This document shows, piece by piece, positions 12,870 through 25,262 of a stretch of 64,000 nt of DNA. The stretch comes from Octopus vulgaris. Lineage: Eukaryota. The stretch is taken from positions 104,470,001-104,534,000 of the forward strand of contig OX597816.1 in the NCBI GenBank assembly GCA_951406725.2. Reading direction: 5' to 3'. Both the position numbers and the translations under genes were made by a program. The first letter of the stretch is position 1. The number at the start of each line of letters is the position of its first letter. Under the pieces are notes generated by a model. That model searched no databases. It had not been told where the DNA came from and saw only the letters and a program-made list of their open reading frames with translations.

Positions 12870-13551
12870 TATTCAACTTATATAATCATAACATGGATAT
12901 TAAAAAAAATGAATGCAAAAAAGGGTGTAAAGACTGTACAAAAATGGAGTTATATAACATAAAACAGGTACAAGTTCAGGTAAGTGACTGTAAAGTCAAT
13001 AAAACGAAAGAGGGACTGTTGTGTTGGAAGGCAGAGAGTGTTAGAACAGAAGGGTTAAAAAGTAGTTATATAACCAGTACGTGGGGAAGAAGAGTTTATT
13101 GAAGGAAGGATGTGTAGAAGGTGTGAAAATATTATATAAGTTAATCTACACGAGTTGCGAGCAAGTGTTGATGAAATCAAAGTTTCCAGCAAGTTATGGT
13201 AATAAAGCGGTGCAAGACATTGAGGAATGGTTTAGAGATTTGAGAACGAGAGCGTAGATGATCAAGGAAGGAGAATGTAAGGGAGTAGGTGAGCGAAGTC
13301 AGGAGATATAATAGAGAGAGAGAGAGAGTGTTGTGCTCACGTGTAGTTGCATGCTAGTGCATCTGTGATTGTACCTGAGTTCCACGTTTGTGTGGATATG
13401 AATGGTCAGTAGTCAGTTGAGCAGTGAGTAAAGGGTAGAGTGAGGGTTAGGGTGAGTGTATCCCTCGGCCCGTCTAGATGCATATATGTAAAACTTCCTG
13501 AACATAGAAGAGTCAATGAACAAATGAACGTAACTCATATCTTGTGTATGA

Positions 13552-13593
<42 letters not shown>

Positions 13594-14299
13594 ATGTAGA
13601 TGGTTAATGTGTGTGTATATACATACGCAGATTTTTTGTATATGCATGTGGTACAAATATGTGCTTTTTCTAGATTTTTCTGTCTCTAACGTGAATAACG
13701 AAATCAATTCATATGTGCTTGAAATTTCAGAGAAGATTTTAAATAAAATGAAATGCATTTTAGGTTTCTGACACAAGCTACGTTATTCATAAATATCTAT
13801 TAAATATATAATCAAGCCATCAAAAAACTATTTACAGACTAATCTAACCATTAGAATTAACTTTTGGTTTGCATTTAATTAGGAGATTTGCTAAAATTTA
13901 AATTCAGGGACAGAAGGATGAAGTCAACGAAGCGTGAAACTTATTTAAGAGAACCTTCCTTATTTTTTTTATCTGCTCAATGAGAAACACATGCTCTGTT
14001 CACATCTCTTTATATTTTCACATCGAGGAGTCTGAAAAATTCTTTAGCTTAAGTACATTAAATGTGTATTAGATTTTTAATCGAGACTCAAAACAGTATA
14101 TGTGTAGCCATGTGCATGACTGTCTGTGCGTCTGTATGTGCCTGTGTCTGTCAGAGAGATAGAGAGAGGTACAGAGAGAGAGAGTTTGTGTATGTTCTTC
14201 ATCGATGAAATAGCTACATGTCTGTGCCCTTCATTGATCAAATAGCAAATTTTGTGTCTCAGCATAAGTTTAGAGTTTGTCCCTAATAGATATACTTTT

Positions 14300-14760
14300 T
14301 CACCTCACTTACATAGCGACCAACATTTTCTTAATCTGGCATTAGTTTTCGGACTGAGTTTTAGTTTTTTTCTAATCCAGGTTATTTTGTCAGCATGGTG
14401 AGCAACTAAACTGAAGTTTCTGCGATGAAAACAGTTCGTCTGCCAATCGGAAGTGTGTTGGTAGCTTACTGCTTATGTAAATGCCACTTCGTCAACGGTT
14501 TTTCTGTCGCTTACGAGAAATGCAGCGAAGAGCATTTGAGCGATATCTCTTACATTGACTTTCTTCCTGACTGGAAACTCTTATGGGTGCTTAAAAAACA
14601 AAGCTTTTTCGTCGTACATCCTGGCTTTGCGTCCTTGACAATTTCGCTGAATTGTACTTCAAGTCTTTGCGCCTCAAGAGATATAAGCACTGCATTCATC
14701 CCAATTTCATCAAAGCCTTTCTCACAATACTATTTCCTTCCTTCTTGATGTGATAAAAGG
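14300..14760 (-). mobile_element. Possible decayed APE endonuclease of a LINE
   Basis: Broken minus frames (IGINAVLISLEAQR...TTKKLCFLSTH; GRR...NFSLVA...KITW) loosely follow APE domain motifs. Confidence 0.3.
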
Positions 14761-15119
14761 AGTATGTAATCTTCTATCGTACTGTAGTTAACTCAGCATT
14801 GATATTTGGTCTCCAATAGCACAAGTGCTGTATGAAGTAGCATTAATTGTAGCCCGTGAAAATAAAATGACTATACTGTAGGGTAAAAGAGATAAAACCC
14901 CAGAGAGACATTGTATAAAGACGGATATGTAGGAGTAGGAGAGAACGGCTTCGATAAATCTTACATGGTTGTAAAACTCGCCAAAATACCCTCGCTAAGG
15001 AGTGGCATATTATCTCGTTTTCAAAGAAAGCTGGTAAAGAGGATCTGACAGACTAGTACACCTTGTATCTTATGGCTCACCACTGCCAACTGTTACATGG
15101 ATTATCACCAAACTATCGA

Positions 15120-15260
15120 AATGTCGCACCAACCCCATGGTCCTGGATTCAGTCCCACTGCGTGGAACTTTGGGCAAGTGTCTTTTACCATAGCTTCGGG
15201 CCGACTAAAGACTTGTGAGTGGAATTGGTAGACGGAAACTGATCGAAACCCATGTTGTAT
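15120..15260 (+). mobile_element. SINE family D fragment
   Basis: GGATTCAGTCCCACTGCGTGG...TTGGGCAAGTGTCTT...GGTAGACGGAAACTGA shared with the other family D copies. Confidence 0.8.
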
Positions 15261-15262
15261 AA

Positions 15263-15279
15263 ATGTATAAATCTATATG

Positions 15280-15356
<77 letters not shown>

Positions 15357-16030
15357 ATATATATATATATATATACATGAACACAGAAATTTACGTGTGT
15401 GTTATGCATGTATACATTTGTATATGTATATCTACCTATCTACCTCTGTCTCTCTCTCTCTCTCTCCCTATATATATATATATATATATATGTTCATATA
15501 ATATTATACATACATTATGTATATTAATGTATGTATATATATGTGTGTGATGGTATTAATATATATGTTTGTGTTTGCATGATGATGTACTAATCTGGGG
15601 GCGAAAACAGAAAAAAAATCACATACAGTTTATGATTTTCATATAAATAATTTAGGAGAGAGTCATGCAGTACATACCTATAAACAGAAATGTCCTTCGT
15701 TCGACCATACAGGCGAGTAGGTTGAAAATGAATAAGTTGATTTTAGGTATTACAAGTGCCATATTGTGATGGCGACTGAAAAAGCGACTCTTCGGTATAC
15801 GTAAACCATATTTATCTTGTACAAATAAAGATATGCAAATAAAGATATGCATATACATACATAAGTACATACATACATGAAATACATGCATAGATTCATA
15901 CATTCATTCATACATGCACACATGCATTCATACATACATACATGCATACATACATCCATACATACATACATACATACATTCATACATACATACATACATA
16001 CATACATACATACATACATGCATACATGCC
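15263..16030. repeat. Microsatellite cluster (TA, TG, TC, CATA)
   Basis: Visible. Confidence 0.9.
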
Positions 16031-16681
16031 TATGTGTGGGGAGGGTATGCAGGTAGACACTCGCAGTTCGAGGAACACCATTTGACAATTATTTTTACTG
16101 AATGCTGTCGTTAGATGCATTGCAAGATTGTCTGTTTGAGAGACAGGGAAGCGCTAGGTATCAATAAGGAAACTTGAGAGAGTTTTGCGTATGACCGAGT
16201 TGAGATGCAGAGCTATCCTAAACTTGTAATGCAAAAATGAGAAGAAAAGCTGATGGGTGCTACCGAAGAAATGCTGGCATGCATAACGTATACATCAGAG
16301 TTAGGAGATAAATGAACACACGCAAATATGACCTCCAGTACTTCATTTGTCTTTTCAACAACTAGAGGGGCTTGTTGAACCAAACTTAAAGTTAGATCAA
16401 CGAAGGTGTAGCCTATGATCAATCATAGTCAAAGAGTGCAAATAAATTAAAGATACAAGTATATCCTAGAGGATCATTTAGGTTTTAATGATTTTTCATA
16501 TTTCCTCATTTGTCGATTATGCTTGTGAAGAATAACATAACTACAGCTATTAGACCATCATTGTTTCAAAACTTTTGTATCCACAATTTTCAGGGTCGGG
16601 ATGGGTAGTCATTAATGTTTGTAATAATCAGAATGATGTATCATTATAATAGCATTTATGCAGGCACTATTTGCAAATGGC

Positions 16682-16972
16682 GTGGAGGCACATGACCTAG
16701 TGATTAGAGTAGCGGACTCGCAGTCGAGGAATCGCGGGTTCGAATCTCAAACCGGGCGATGTGTGTGTTTATGCGCGAAACACCTAAGCTCCACGCGGCT
16801 CCGGCAGAAGGTAATGGTGAACTTCTGCTGACTCTTTCGCCACAACTTTCTCTCACTCTTTCCTCCTGCATCTTGCAGCTCACCTGCGACGGACTGGCGT
16901 CCCATCCAGGTGGGGAACCTATACGCAAGGGAAACGAGAAACCGGTCCTATGAGCCAGGCATGGCTTGAGAA
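16682..16972 (+). mobile_element. SINE family A
   Basis: GTGGAGGCACATGACCTAGTG...GGGTTCGAATCTC head; body shared with the 4542 and 34054 copies. Confidence 0.88.
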
Positions 16973-17594
16973 CATCTGCATATGATCATAAGAATATTAT
17001 TATAAATGACAAAATCATCGAGACAGTATTTAAAAACTGAATAATTTATTGTTAAATTCTTGTAGAAAATCACATTGTTTGTCACGTAATGTATCTCTAT
17101 TTTCATTTCTGCTTGTATTTTGCAATTACTAAATCTTCCGTTATTTGCCTTTATGATTTTTTGGCGGGATGAGCGCAGAGGCAGAATATCTTGCTGAAAC
17201 CTGCCGCATAGATACTAGAGGATGATCAAATTTACTAACGCGCAAGCAAGTAATTTTCTGGCTAATAGCGAAATATTATAATTGCTTGCATAGCAGAAAA
17301 TAACGATGCACGCTCGTATGTACGTATGTACACGCTTGTATGTATGTATGTATGTATGTATGTATGTATGTATGTATGTATGTATGTATGTATGTATGTA
17401 TGTATGTATGTATGGGTGGGTGGGTGGTTGGGTGCATGGATGGATAGATGGATACACGCATTCATACACACAAATATAGTACATTTTTGTACTTATATTA
17501 CAAGAAATGAGAAATCAGGTGCTGAAAGAATTGTTACAGCTCGGGATACATTTTGCTAATTAAGAAAGACACACTGATTGTATACTCACTTAAG

Positions 17595-17775
17595 ACGGCG
17601 TGTTGGCATAATTGATAGTGCTTAGTGGCATTTGTTTCGGGTTTTTACATTCTATGTTCAAATTCCGCCAAGGTCGACTTTTGCCTTTCATCCACGCAAA
17701 GTCGATAAAATAAGTACTATTTATCACTGGGGTTGATCTAATCTGTTTAATCCCTTGCCCTAAATTGCTTGCCAT
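17595..17775 (+). mobile_element. SINE family C
   Basis: GTTCAAATTCCGCCAAGGTCGAC...GCCTTTCATCC...GTCGATAAAATAAGTAC. Confidence 0.75.
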
Positions 17776-20102
17776 GTGCGAGTCAACTTATCTAATCAAT
17801 GTTCTGGACTGTTGTTGGATCAATCAATCATATCGTTTCCTCATCTATAACTTACCCTAATTTGTTCTACGTTTGTCACAAACTGATTTTTTTCTGCGTT
17901 TTATCCTCGCTATTTGGATTTTATTGAACGAACATTACGTGTGTGTATATGTCATTATTATTGGAGTGTTTTAGTGTGTTTATGTGTTGTGTATTTGCTG
18001 TGTGGATGTATTTTGCGTATTTCCGCATGATTTCGTGTGAGTACCTGGCGAAATAGTAGGTTGTTCTTTTCAACTGTCATTCGTTGGGGATTTTGAAAGT
18101 TTTACATTTTTGTGTTTTGAAAACTACATCCTTATTTCCACCCTAAAATGGAAATATGAATTCTTTAACAGCTGGAAAACAATTGGAGAAGGATGGCATG
18201 CTATGTGAATGATGCAAAATAAATATATATTTTCTACTGAGTTAAATTGTAACTTCTCTACATTACTAGGTTTCTATTAAAGTTTATTAATTTGTTAGAT
18301 TTTATCCCAAATTAAGAATGATCTACGGTTTGGTGAAAAACATTCTAGTTAAGATCAACTTTTCTTTCTAATGCTGTCAACAATTATATTATCTAAACAG
18401 TCCTTGTCAAATTTAAGATTGGGGCATGTGGGTTAAGGAAGATTTGGCTGTTATTTACACCACATCGAACGATTAGTAGAATCTGTTCAATGATGTATTT
18501 TTTATGTGCGTGTTTTATTTTCTAATGGATTATCGAGAATATTTATGAAAAAAAAAAAACGTATTGCAAAGATCAGCTTAAAAGTGAACATGTATAGCCT
18601 GTGTAGATTTGTGTGAATATGTGTGTGTCAGGATTTCTGGGTTTAGGTGTATGTTTGTGTTTGAGAGCGTGGTAGTTTTTCCGATTAAATTCGTCACTGT
18701 GTAGGAAGCGATATGCCATTATGTATATAATCGTCGCTTTACATTTCTTTTCGTTATTGTTAGTCGATTGTCTGCTTTGAGTAGAAGTTTCAAAATTAAT
18801 GAGAATTCCTCCAGCGATCTTATGTCTGTTTATATATTTAATTTCTTAAACATGGTGTGTTATCGATTATGGCTTCCTTATAGCGAAGTGGGAATGTGTT
18901 GATGAAGAAGTTCGCGTATAAAGAACTTCTGAATTCAGGTAAATGGAAAAGTATCTACGGAAATTAATGTCAGTTCTATCAATATATTTCTTATGGTATT
19001 GTATGAGATATCATGTTATTGTAGATCATATTTTGTTATATCATTTTATTGAGTGAAAGAAATACCTCAAGCTTTATACTTGGATAGTATATGACATACA
19101 CATGCAAAATATATGAGGTCTAACATTGGTTATTGATGTCACCGACTGTCTCTGAAAATTATGGTGCTAAATTCGTTCCACACGTATTAGTGAAGTTATC
19201 ATTGGAGCTGATTGTGTTTCAAAAATGTATGAATATTAATAAGAAATTTTAGATTTGCATTGATTTTATTCAATTTAAGCTGTCCTGAATTATTTTTATG
19301 GCGTTTAAAATATGTAAGAATATCATTATTAAATCTTAATGGTTTTTTTATTGTTTGGTTTTGTAAGTATATCAAGTATAGTTTAAATGAAAAAAATTTT
19401 CGCAATTCCTTAACAATTTGTAAAATTATTTAATCACTAATCAAATCAGGCTTTAGAAGATTGTTTTCGCTGACGAGGTTTAATACCACTGAAATATTTA
19501 TTTGACTACGATTTTGCCTGCTGTCAAAGACCGAATTCTGTTTTCTGTACAATTAAATTTTGGGTTTTTTTTTTAAATACTCTTTCCTATGCGTTGATAA
19601 TCGCTAATAAATCCGCCGATTTTGGAATTTCCTCTCCAAATAAAAGGCAAATTTCCTTTCCTCGATTATGTTTTGCACCCTATGTCACCACCTCCTGAAA
19701 TACATAAAATTAGCATTATTCATCTCACGAATTATTTTTGCATCAACTTTAATCCGTTTTGTTATTTTGGATCTTCATTTAAAATTCAAGATTGTATTTA
19801 ACTTTGAATTCGAACTTGAATTTTGTAGTAGACTGAATTTTAATGAAATATATTTCCTTAATTTTTTTTCTTTTATTATTATCCGTTCTTTTCTATTAGC
19901 ATACGAAAAGATATAAATGGGAGTTCATGATGAACAGTAATTTATTACAAATTCCTAATTAGTTAAATCAAATTGTTGATTTATTTCCTAAAATAATACA
20001 ACCTTAAATCACATTCGAAACGTTTATGTACTTAGCTACTATGTGCATATATTTGGGCATATATTTATTGTCTTATTAAAAAGTCTGTTTGATAATATAA
20101 TA

Positions 20103-20420
20103 TACAGGCGTGGTTGTGTGGTAAAATGGTTGCTTTCCAACCATGTGATGTTTGTTTGAGTCGTACTGTGTGGGAGTTTAGGCAAATGTCTTCCAACATA
20201 ACCAATGGGAGATGAAAATCTTGTGGGAGGATTTCGATGACGGAAACTGAGAGAAGACTGTTGTATATATGTATATATAAATATGTGTGTCTTTCAGTTT
20301 TTTTTCGTCTCAACTACTACCTGATAACCGGTGTCGGTTTGTATATTTGACAGAAAGAAACCGATAATATAAAGACCAGGCATAAAATTATAAGTACAGT
20401 CGGCCGATTTCTTCGAACAA
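20103..20420 (+). mobile_element. SINE family D (diverged)
   Basis: AGGCGTGGTTGTGTGGTAA head, GGCAAATGTCTTC core, ACGGAAACTGA. Confidence 0.7.
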
Positions 20421-20479
20421 ACATGAATATGGCTTTGAGACCTGAATTATGTAAAAGATAAAAACTACCCACTCCACCT

Positions 20480-21166
20480 ATGTTCAGCGAATACCATAAA
20501 TGAAGCACGGATAAACAAGGAAAATACTTTCATGCAAAAGTACAAACCAAGACTTAACAGAGAACATACTCAAATAACTATTCACACACAAAATTCATTC
20601 TGCCACTTATCATGACGAAGTTACACAGCTAACAACCCAAATTTTAACCATTGGACTACATACAAACGACCCCTGTCCATTCTCCCACCAGACAGATTAA
20701 ATTTGGACTGTCTTGATTATAACTGAACATGTTCACTCAACCGTGTCGGCATTCATTTTAGGCACAAAATATACTATCACGTGACGCTAATACAGACGTA
20801 GCAGGAAACGTACAAAAGGTTATAAACTTAATTATTTGTCCGTTCTCTACAAACACTTGACAGAAAACATTCAGAGCATTGATTTTGGGGACTTATTCAG
20901 TCAACCGTGTCAACTTACGACGCCAAACATTGTCACTTGATGCTAACACACGAACGTAGCGGGAAGCCTACAAAAATTTCTAAGACCAGTCATGTGACTA
21001 TCCTCAATCAATCGAATCCTATTCAAATCATATACTAATTTGAGTCCTCCCTATAAAAACAGGGAAAACTTCAAACACTAGTAGTTAGAAGAAAGATAGC
21101 TGCAATATAAACCACGTCTTTGTAGTTAAACATTTTGAAAATCAGTGTTAACTGTGAAACCGGTTA
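20480..21166 (+). mobile_element. Penelope-like element 3' fragment (GIY-YIG C-terminus plus pseudo-LTR region)
   Basis: Translates to NEARINKENTFMQKYKPRLN (E..FI..YKP.LN end of GIY-YIG); ends with hammerhead 3' half GAAACCGGTT at 21156-21165 just before (TA)n; internal ~165-bp imperfect direct repeat at ~20737 and ~20901. Confidence 0.7.
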
Positions 21167-21169
21167 ATG

Positions 21170-21213
<44 letters not shown>

Positions 21214-21257
21214 CACATATATATATATATATATATTTATGTATGTATATATATATG

Positions 21258-21313
<56 letters not shown>

Positions 21314-21438
21314 GAGAGAGAGAGAGAGATTCCGATGGTACTTAAGTTGAGGCACCAGAATTTAGTATGGTATTATCCATACAATTTCAATATAAAGTAA
21401 TTAAAATGAAAATAAGCAACACGGATATCCAGAGGTAA

Positions 21439-21525
21439 TGCAGTACGATCGTCTCATGCAACTCCATTTAATTGAACACTGCAGTCATTACATCAATTTA
21501 AAATGTAGACCAATCTTCAGCTGCA
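21439..21525 (-). ncRNA. Degenerate type I hammerhead ribozyme
   Basis: Minus strand reads TGCAG-CTGAAGA...GAGA-CGATC-GTA-CTGCA: 5-bp stem I, palindromic stem III ACGATCGT, GAAA mutated to GAGA. Confidence 0.6.
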
Positions 21526-21534
21526 CAAAGACAT

Positions 21535-21679
21535 AGAATTTAATGAAATTAGAACAGATTGACACATTAGTATAATTATACCTAAAATCTCCATGAAGTT
21601 AAGGAGATAGACAAAGAACATATTGTACTTAGGTATAATCATACTAATGTGTCCATCTGTTCTAATCTAATTAAATTCT
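21535..21679. repeat. Inverted repeat with ~51-bp arms
   Basis: 21535-21585 versus 21629-21679, reverse complement with few mismatches. Confidence 0.85.
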
Positions 21680-21994
21680 GCAACCATACTCATGTCTCAT
21701 TACTACTTCCTGTAACTATCTTTGGGAATTTACCATGCAAAGCCTTCTCTTGCCAGTCAGATAATCCCTATGTCTTATTGTGACTCTAGCGGCTCTTAGT
21801 ACACTTTCTTCACTATTACCTATATACTTGCGTTTATAAGAAGCGTCTAATGGGTATTGTACGATACAAAGAAGGTGATATTTCGAACGCAGTATTACTG
21901 TTAAAACAGCAGAAATAATGGGTAATATTACCTTTATAACATTATCTAATTTATTTACATTTGACGGATATCTATCCTCCTCTTCTTTGTTGTT

Positions 21995-22040
21995 AACACA
22001 ACGCTTCGCCTGATATACCCACCAGCCTTCATCAGGTGTC
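21995..22040 (-). ncRNA. Minimal type I hammerhead ribozyme (one core substitution)
   Basis: Minus: GACAC-CTGATGA-AGGCTGGTGGGTATATCAGGC-GAAGC-GTT-GTGTT. Confidence 0.7.
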
Positions 22041-22181
22041 TTGGGGAAATTTCAAACCTGGGTTCTCATTCCTAAGGTATTTTTTTATGTTGTTGTTGTT
22101 GTAGTCGGGTAGTCATGATGGGTTGGGCTTTGTATATTTTACCCCAGTGTCACTTTGATGGCATGCACTGCTCTTTCACTC

Positions 22182-22251
<70 letters not shown>

Positions 22252-22298
22252 TCGTGAAATACCTTAGGAATGAGACCCTTGGTTCGAAATTTCCCCAA

Positions 22299-22344
22299 GA
22301 CACCGGATGAAGGCTGGAGAGTTTATCAACCGAAACGTTGTATT
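22299..22344 (+). ncRNA. Minimal type I hammerhead ribozyme (one core substitution)
   Basis: GACAC-CGGATGA-AGGCTGGAGAGTTTATCAACC-GAAAC-GTT-GTATT; loopless palindromic stem III AACGTT. Confidence 0.7.
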
Positions 22345-22609
22345 AACAAGATGAGGATATAAATAATGTACATAATTCCTCAACTCTTAAATATAGAACT
22401 ATATTACCTTTATAAGACGGAAAAAGTTGTCAACAAATAGCCATTGGAGTTGACCCCATATTCCCTAAGACACCGGCTGAATGCTTTGGCATTAAGCTAA
22501 ACTACCCCCTGACAACTTATCCACCGATTTTAGACGCTAAATAGATAGCTTATTGAAATGTAATGACCACGTATGTATAAATAAATAAACTTACATTTGT
22601 TTTTAATTA

Positions 22610-22750
22610 GAAGCGTCAAATGTGTATTACACGATACAGAGAAGATAGTGATATTTTCGAACGCAGCATTGCCGTTAAAACAGCAGAAATAATGGGTAAT
22701 ATTAGCCTTACAAAACAGAAAAGCTTGTCAACAAACAGCCATGGGAGTCA
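22610..22750 (+). repeat. Direct-repeat copy of 21840-21939 plus 22416-22450 (empty site)
   Basis: AAGCGTC...TTAAAACAGCAGAAATAATGGGTAATATTA...TTGTCAACAAA.AGCCAT.GGAGT is contiguous here but interrupted in the upstream copy. Confidence 0.85.
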
Positions 22751-23600
22751 CTTTTACATAATCCAATATATTATTTCTTTTTAGTTTCGTTATTTTGCTG
22801 AAATAAGGCGACCTCAGCTGCGTATTCAACTGAGCTAACTATGAAAGTCTGGACGAGGAAGGAAGTATCTGGGTTCCTGAAGTTACAGTTTGTAGTGGAT
22901 GCCTGTTGTGGCTTAAGTGTAATAATGTTTTTCATTTTGGGGCTATAGTTGTTTCTAACAAAATTTTGTATGTATGTATGGGCACTGGATATCTTGCCCA
23001 GGCTTCTCTCTCGATCATGTCAATAGGGTAGTGACGGTTTGTGAGATGCTGTGAAAGACTTTTTGAACTTGAAATTGTAAGTCACGCAATCGCCAGTCGG
23101 GTAAGAGGGCGCCACGGTGAACCTAGTTGAAGCCAACCGCGGGTGCAATATTAATTAGCATGGGTGTTGCTATGAGCAACGTTTTGGGATAGTTTTTCTC
23201 GGTCGCGAGTGGACAGTGGTCATGTATGTGTGTATGTATGTCATTACTCAGTTTTATTTCAAGATTTCTTGCCAATAGAGAATTTCAACAATACCAACAG
23301 AGTATTTTACATATATGTATATATATGTGCCGCATTTCGAGTCAGTGGATGTTCACATTTGTATGTTTTGTTTTATGTATGCATTTTCATGCATGTCTAG
23401 ACAGGTACACATATACTTAAATGATAAACTTCTGGAAAGTTTAAAAGAATTTAACAGATTCAGTGGTAGCTAGGATCTATAGTCTTCGAATCAGCTCTCT
23501 CCTTTCTGGTTTTGAGAAGCCTTATTTCTCAAGATTGAGTCTTAAACAGTGTGTTACATATCCCACTGCCTCAGTAATTACAGGTATAAGCCTGAATTTA

Positions 23601-23935
23601 GTGAAGGCGCATGTCTCAGTGGTTAGAGCGTCGACCTTACGATCGTGAAGTTATGAGCTTGATTCCCGGACCGGGCTGCGTGTTGTGTTCTTGAGCAAGA
23701 CACTTTATTTCACGTTGCTCCAATTCAGTCAGCTGCAGAAATGAGTTGCGACGTCACTGGTGCCAATCAGTATCGGCCTGTGCCTTTCCCTTGGATAACA
23801 TCGGTGGCGTGAAGAGGAGAGACTGGTATGCATGGGCAACTGCTGGTCTTCCATAAACAACCCTGCCCGGACTTGTGCCTGGGGGGATAACTTTCTAGGT
23901 GCAATCCCATGGTCATTTGTGACCGAAGGGGGTCA
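23601..23935 (+). mobile_element. tRNA-derived SINE, family B
   Basis: GTGAAGGCGCATG.CTCAGTGGTTAGAGCG head and TGTGTTCTTGAGCAAGACACTT body; second copy at 46402. Confidence 0.85.
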
Positions 23936-24076
23936 CCCAAGCCATAACTTAATTTGGATAGAATAACTGTAGTTTTCTCAATATTTCAGCCTAAGTATTT
24001 TTCTCTTCTCTAAACTTTTAGCTTTATGTTAACATCAGTTGGGTAGCTGATTTCCACCACTGTACACAGATTATCT

Positions 24077-24535
24077 TATGTATGTATGTATGTATGTATG
24101 TATGTATGTATGTATGTATGTATGTATGTATGTATGTATGTATGTATGTATGTATGTATGTATGTATGTATGTATGTATGGATGGATGGATGGATGGATG
24201 GATGTATGTATGTATGCATGCATGCATGTATGTATGTATGTATGTATGTATGTATGTATGTATGTATGTATGTATGTATGTATTTATGTCTTTATGTATG
24301 TAAGTATTTATGTATGTATGTATGTCATTATTCAGTTCATTTCAAGATTTCTTGCCAATAAAGAACCGGTTTCTAACCTAGATCCATGTTTCCTTTATTG
24401 GAATTTAAACATCAACAACAGGGTATTTTTGTTTGTATGTATGTGTGTATGTATGTATGTATGTATGTATGTATGTATGTATGCATGCATGCATGCATGT
24501 ACGTATGTATATATGTATGTATGTATATATGTATA
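24077..24535. repeat. (TATG)n/(GATG)n microsatellite blocks
   Basis: Visible; source of the MYVC ORFs. Confidence 0.95.
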
Positions 24536-25047
24536 AGCTCAATCTGTTTTTCTTATAGCATTATACTGTTCAAAACAGAGAATAATTACTTTTTTAAAAC
24601 ATATAGTACACAATGAATACAGGCCTAGATATCTTGCAATTTATTCAGATGAACAGCCTCATATCTTGACATCTTCATTGCTGACTGCCATATAATTTGA
24701 AATGTTTATTAATATGAATTGTATTTTCTGATAGCAGCTTTTACAGTGCATTTTAACACTTATGTTTCGAACCCTCTTAAAACCACGCAGTTAAGTGTTT
24801 ACTTGTTAAAATTCCCTTAGTTGATCCAGTGGAGCTTATAGATTAAACATCAAGGATAAAGGAAGATTGAGTGGTGGGAAGTTTTCTTTTTAATGCTCTA
24901 GATATCTTGTAACTTGCATATAATATACTTAGAGATTTTATTGAATTATGAGTGGAGTGTAAGTACAATGAATATTTTAAATCTTCCTTCAATTATTCCA
25001 TGTTCATCGTTCGAATTGCTTTCATTATTTTCGCTATTAATAATAAC

Positions 25048-25262
25048 ACGGCAAGCTGGGAAAATTGTTACCACGCCGGATAAAATACTTAGTGACATTT
25101 TTCTGAATATACTTCCTGTGTTCATATATAGCCGAGGCCGACTTTGCCTTTCATTCTTTCGGAATCGATATAACAAGTACCTGCTGAGTACTGGAGTTGC
25201 TGTAATTGACTATGTCCCATCCTCCAAATTTTGGCACTTGTGTATATAGTAGAAAAGAATAA
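25048..25262 (+). mobile_element. SINE family C (diverged)
   Basis: GGCAAGCTGG...GCCGAGGCCGACTTTGCCTTTCATTCTTTCGG...AAGTACC. Confidence 0.7.

Larger units (their letters stand above)
21940..22400. mobile_element. Fold-back PLE pseudo-LTR-like insertion with a hammerhead in each arm
   Basis: Arms at ~21965-22090 and ~22250-22360; 15-bp TSD ATATTACCTTTATAA at 21925-21939 and 22401-22415. Confidence 0.85.

Noticed and set aside
13435-13460. Telomeric TTAGGG
   Set aside because: A single unit in purine-rich sequence.
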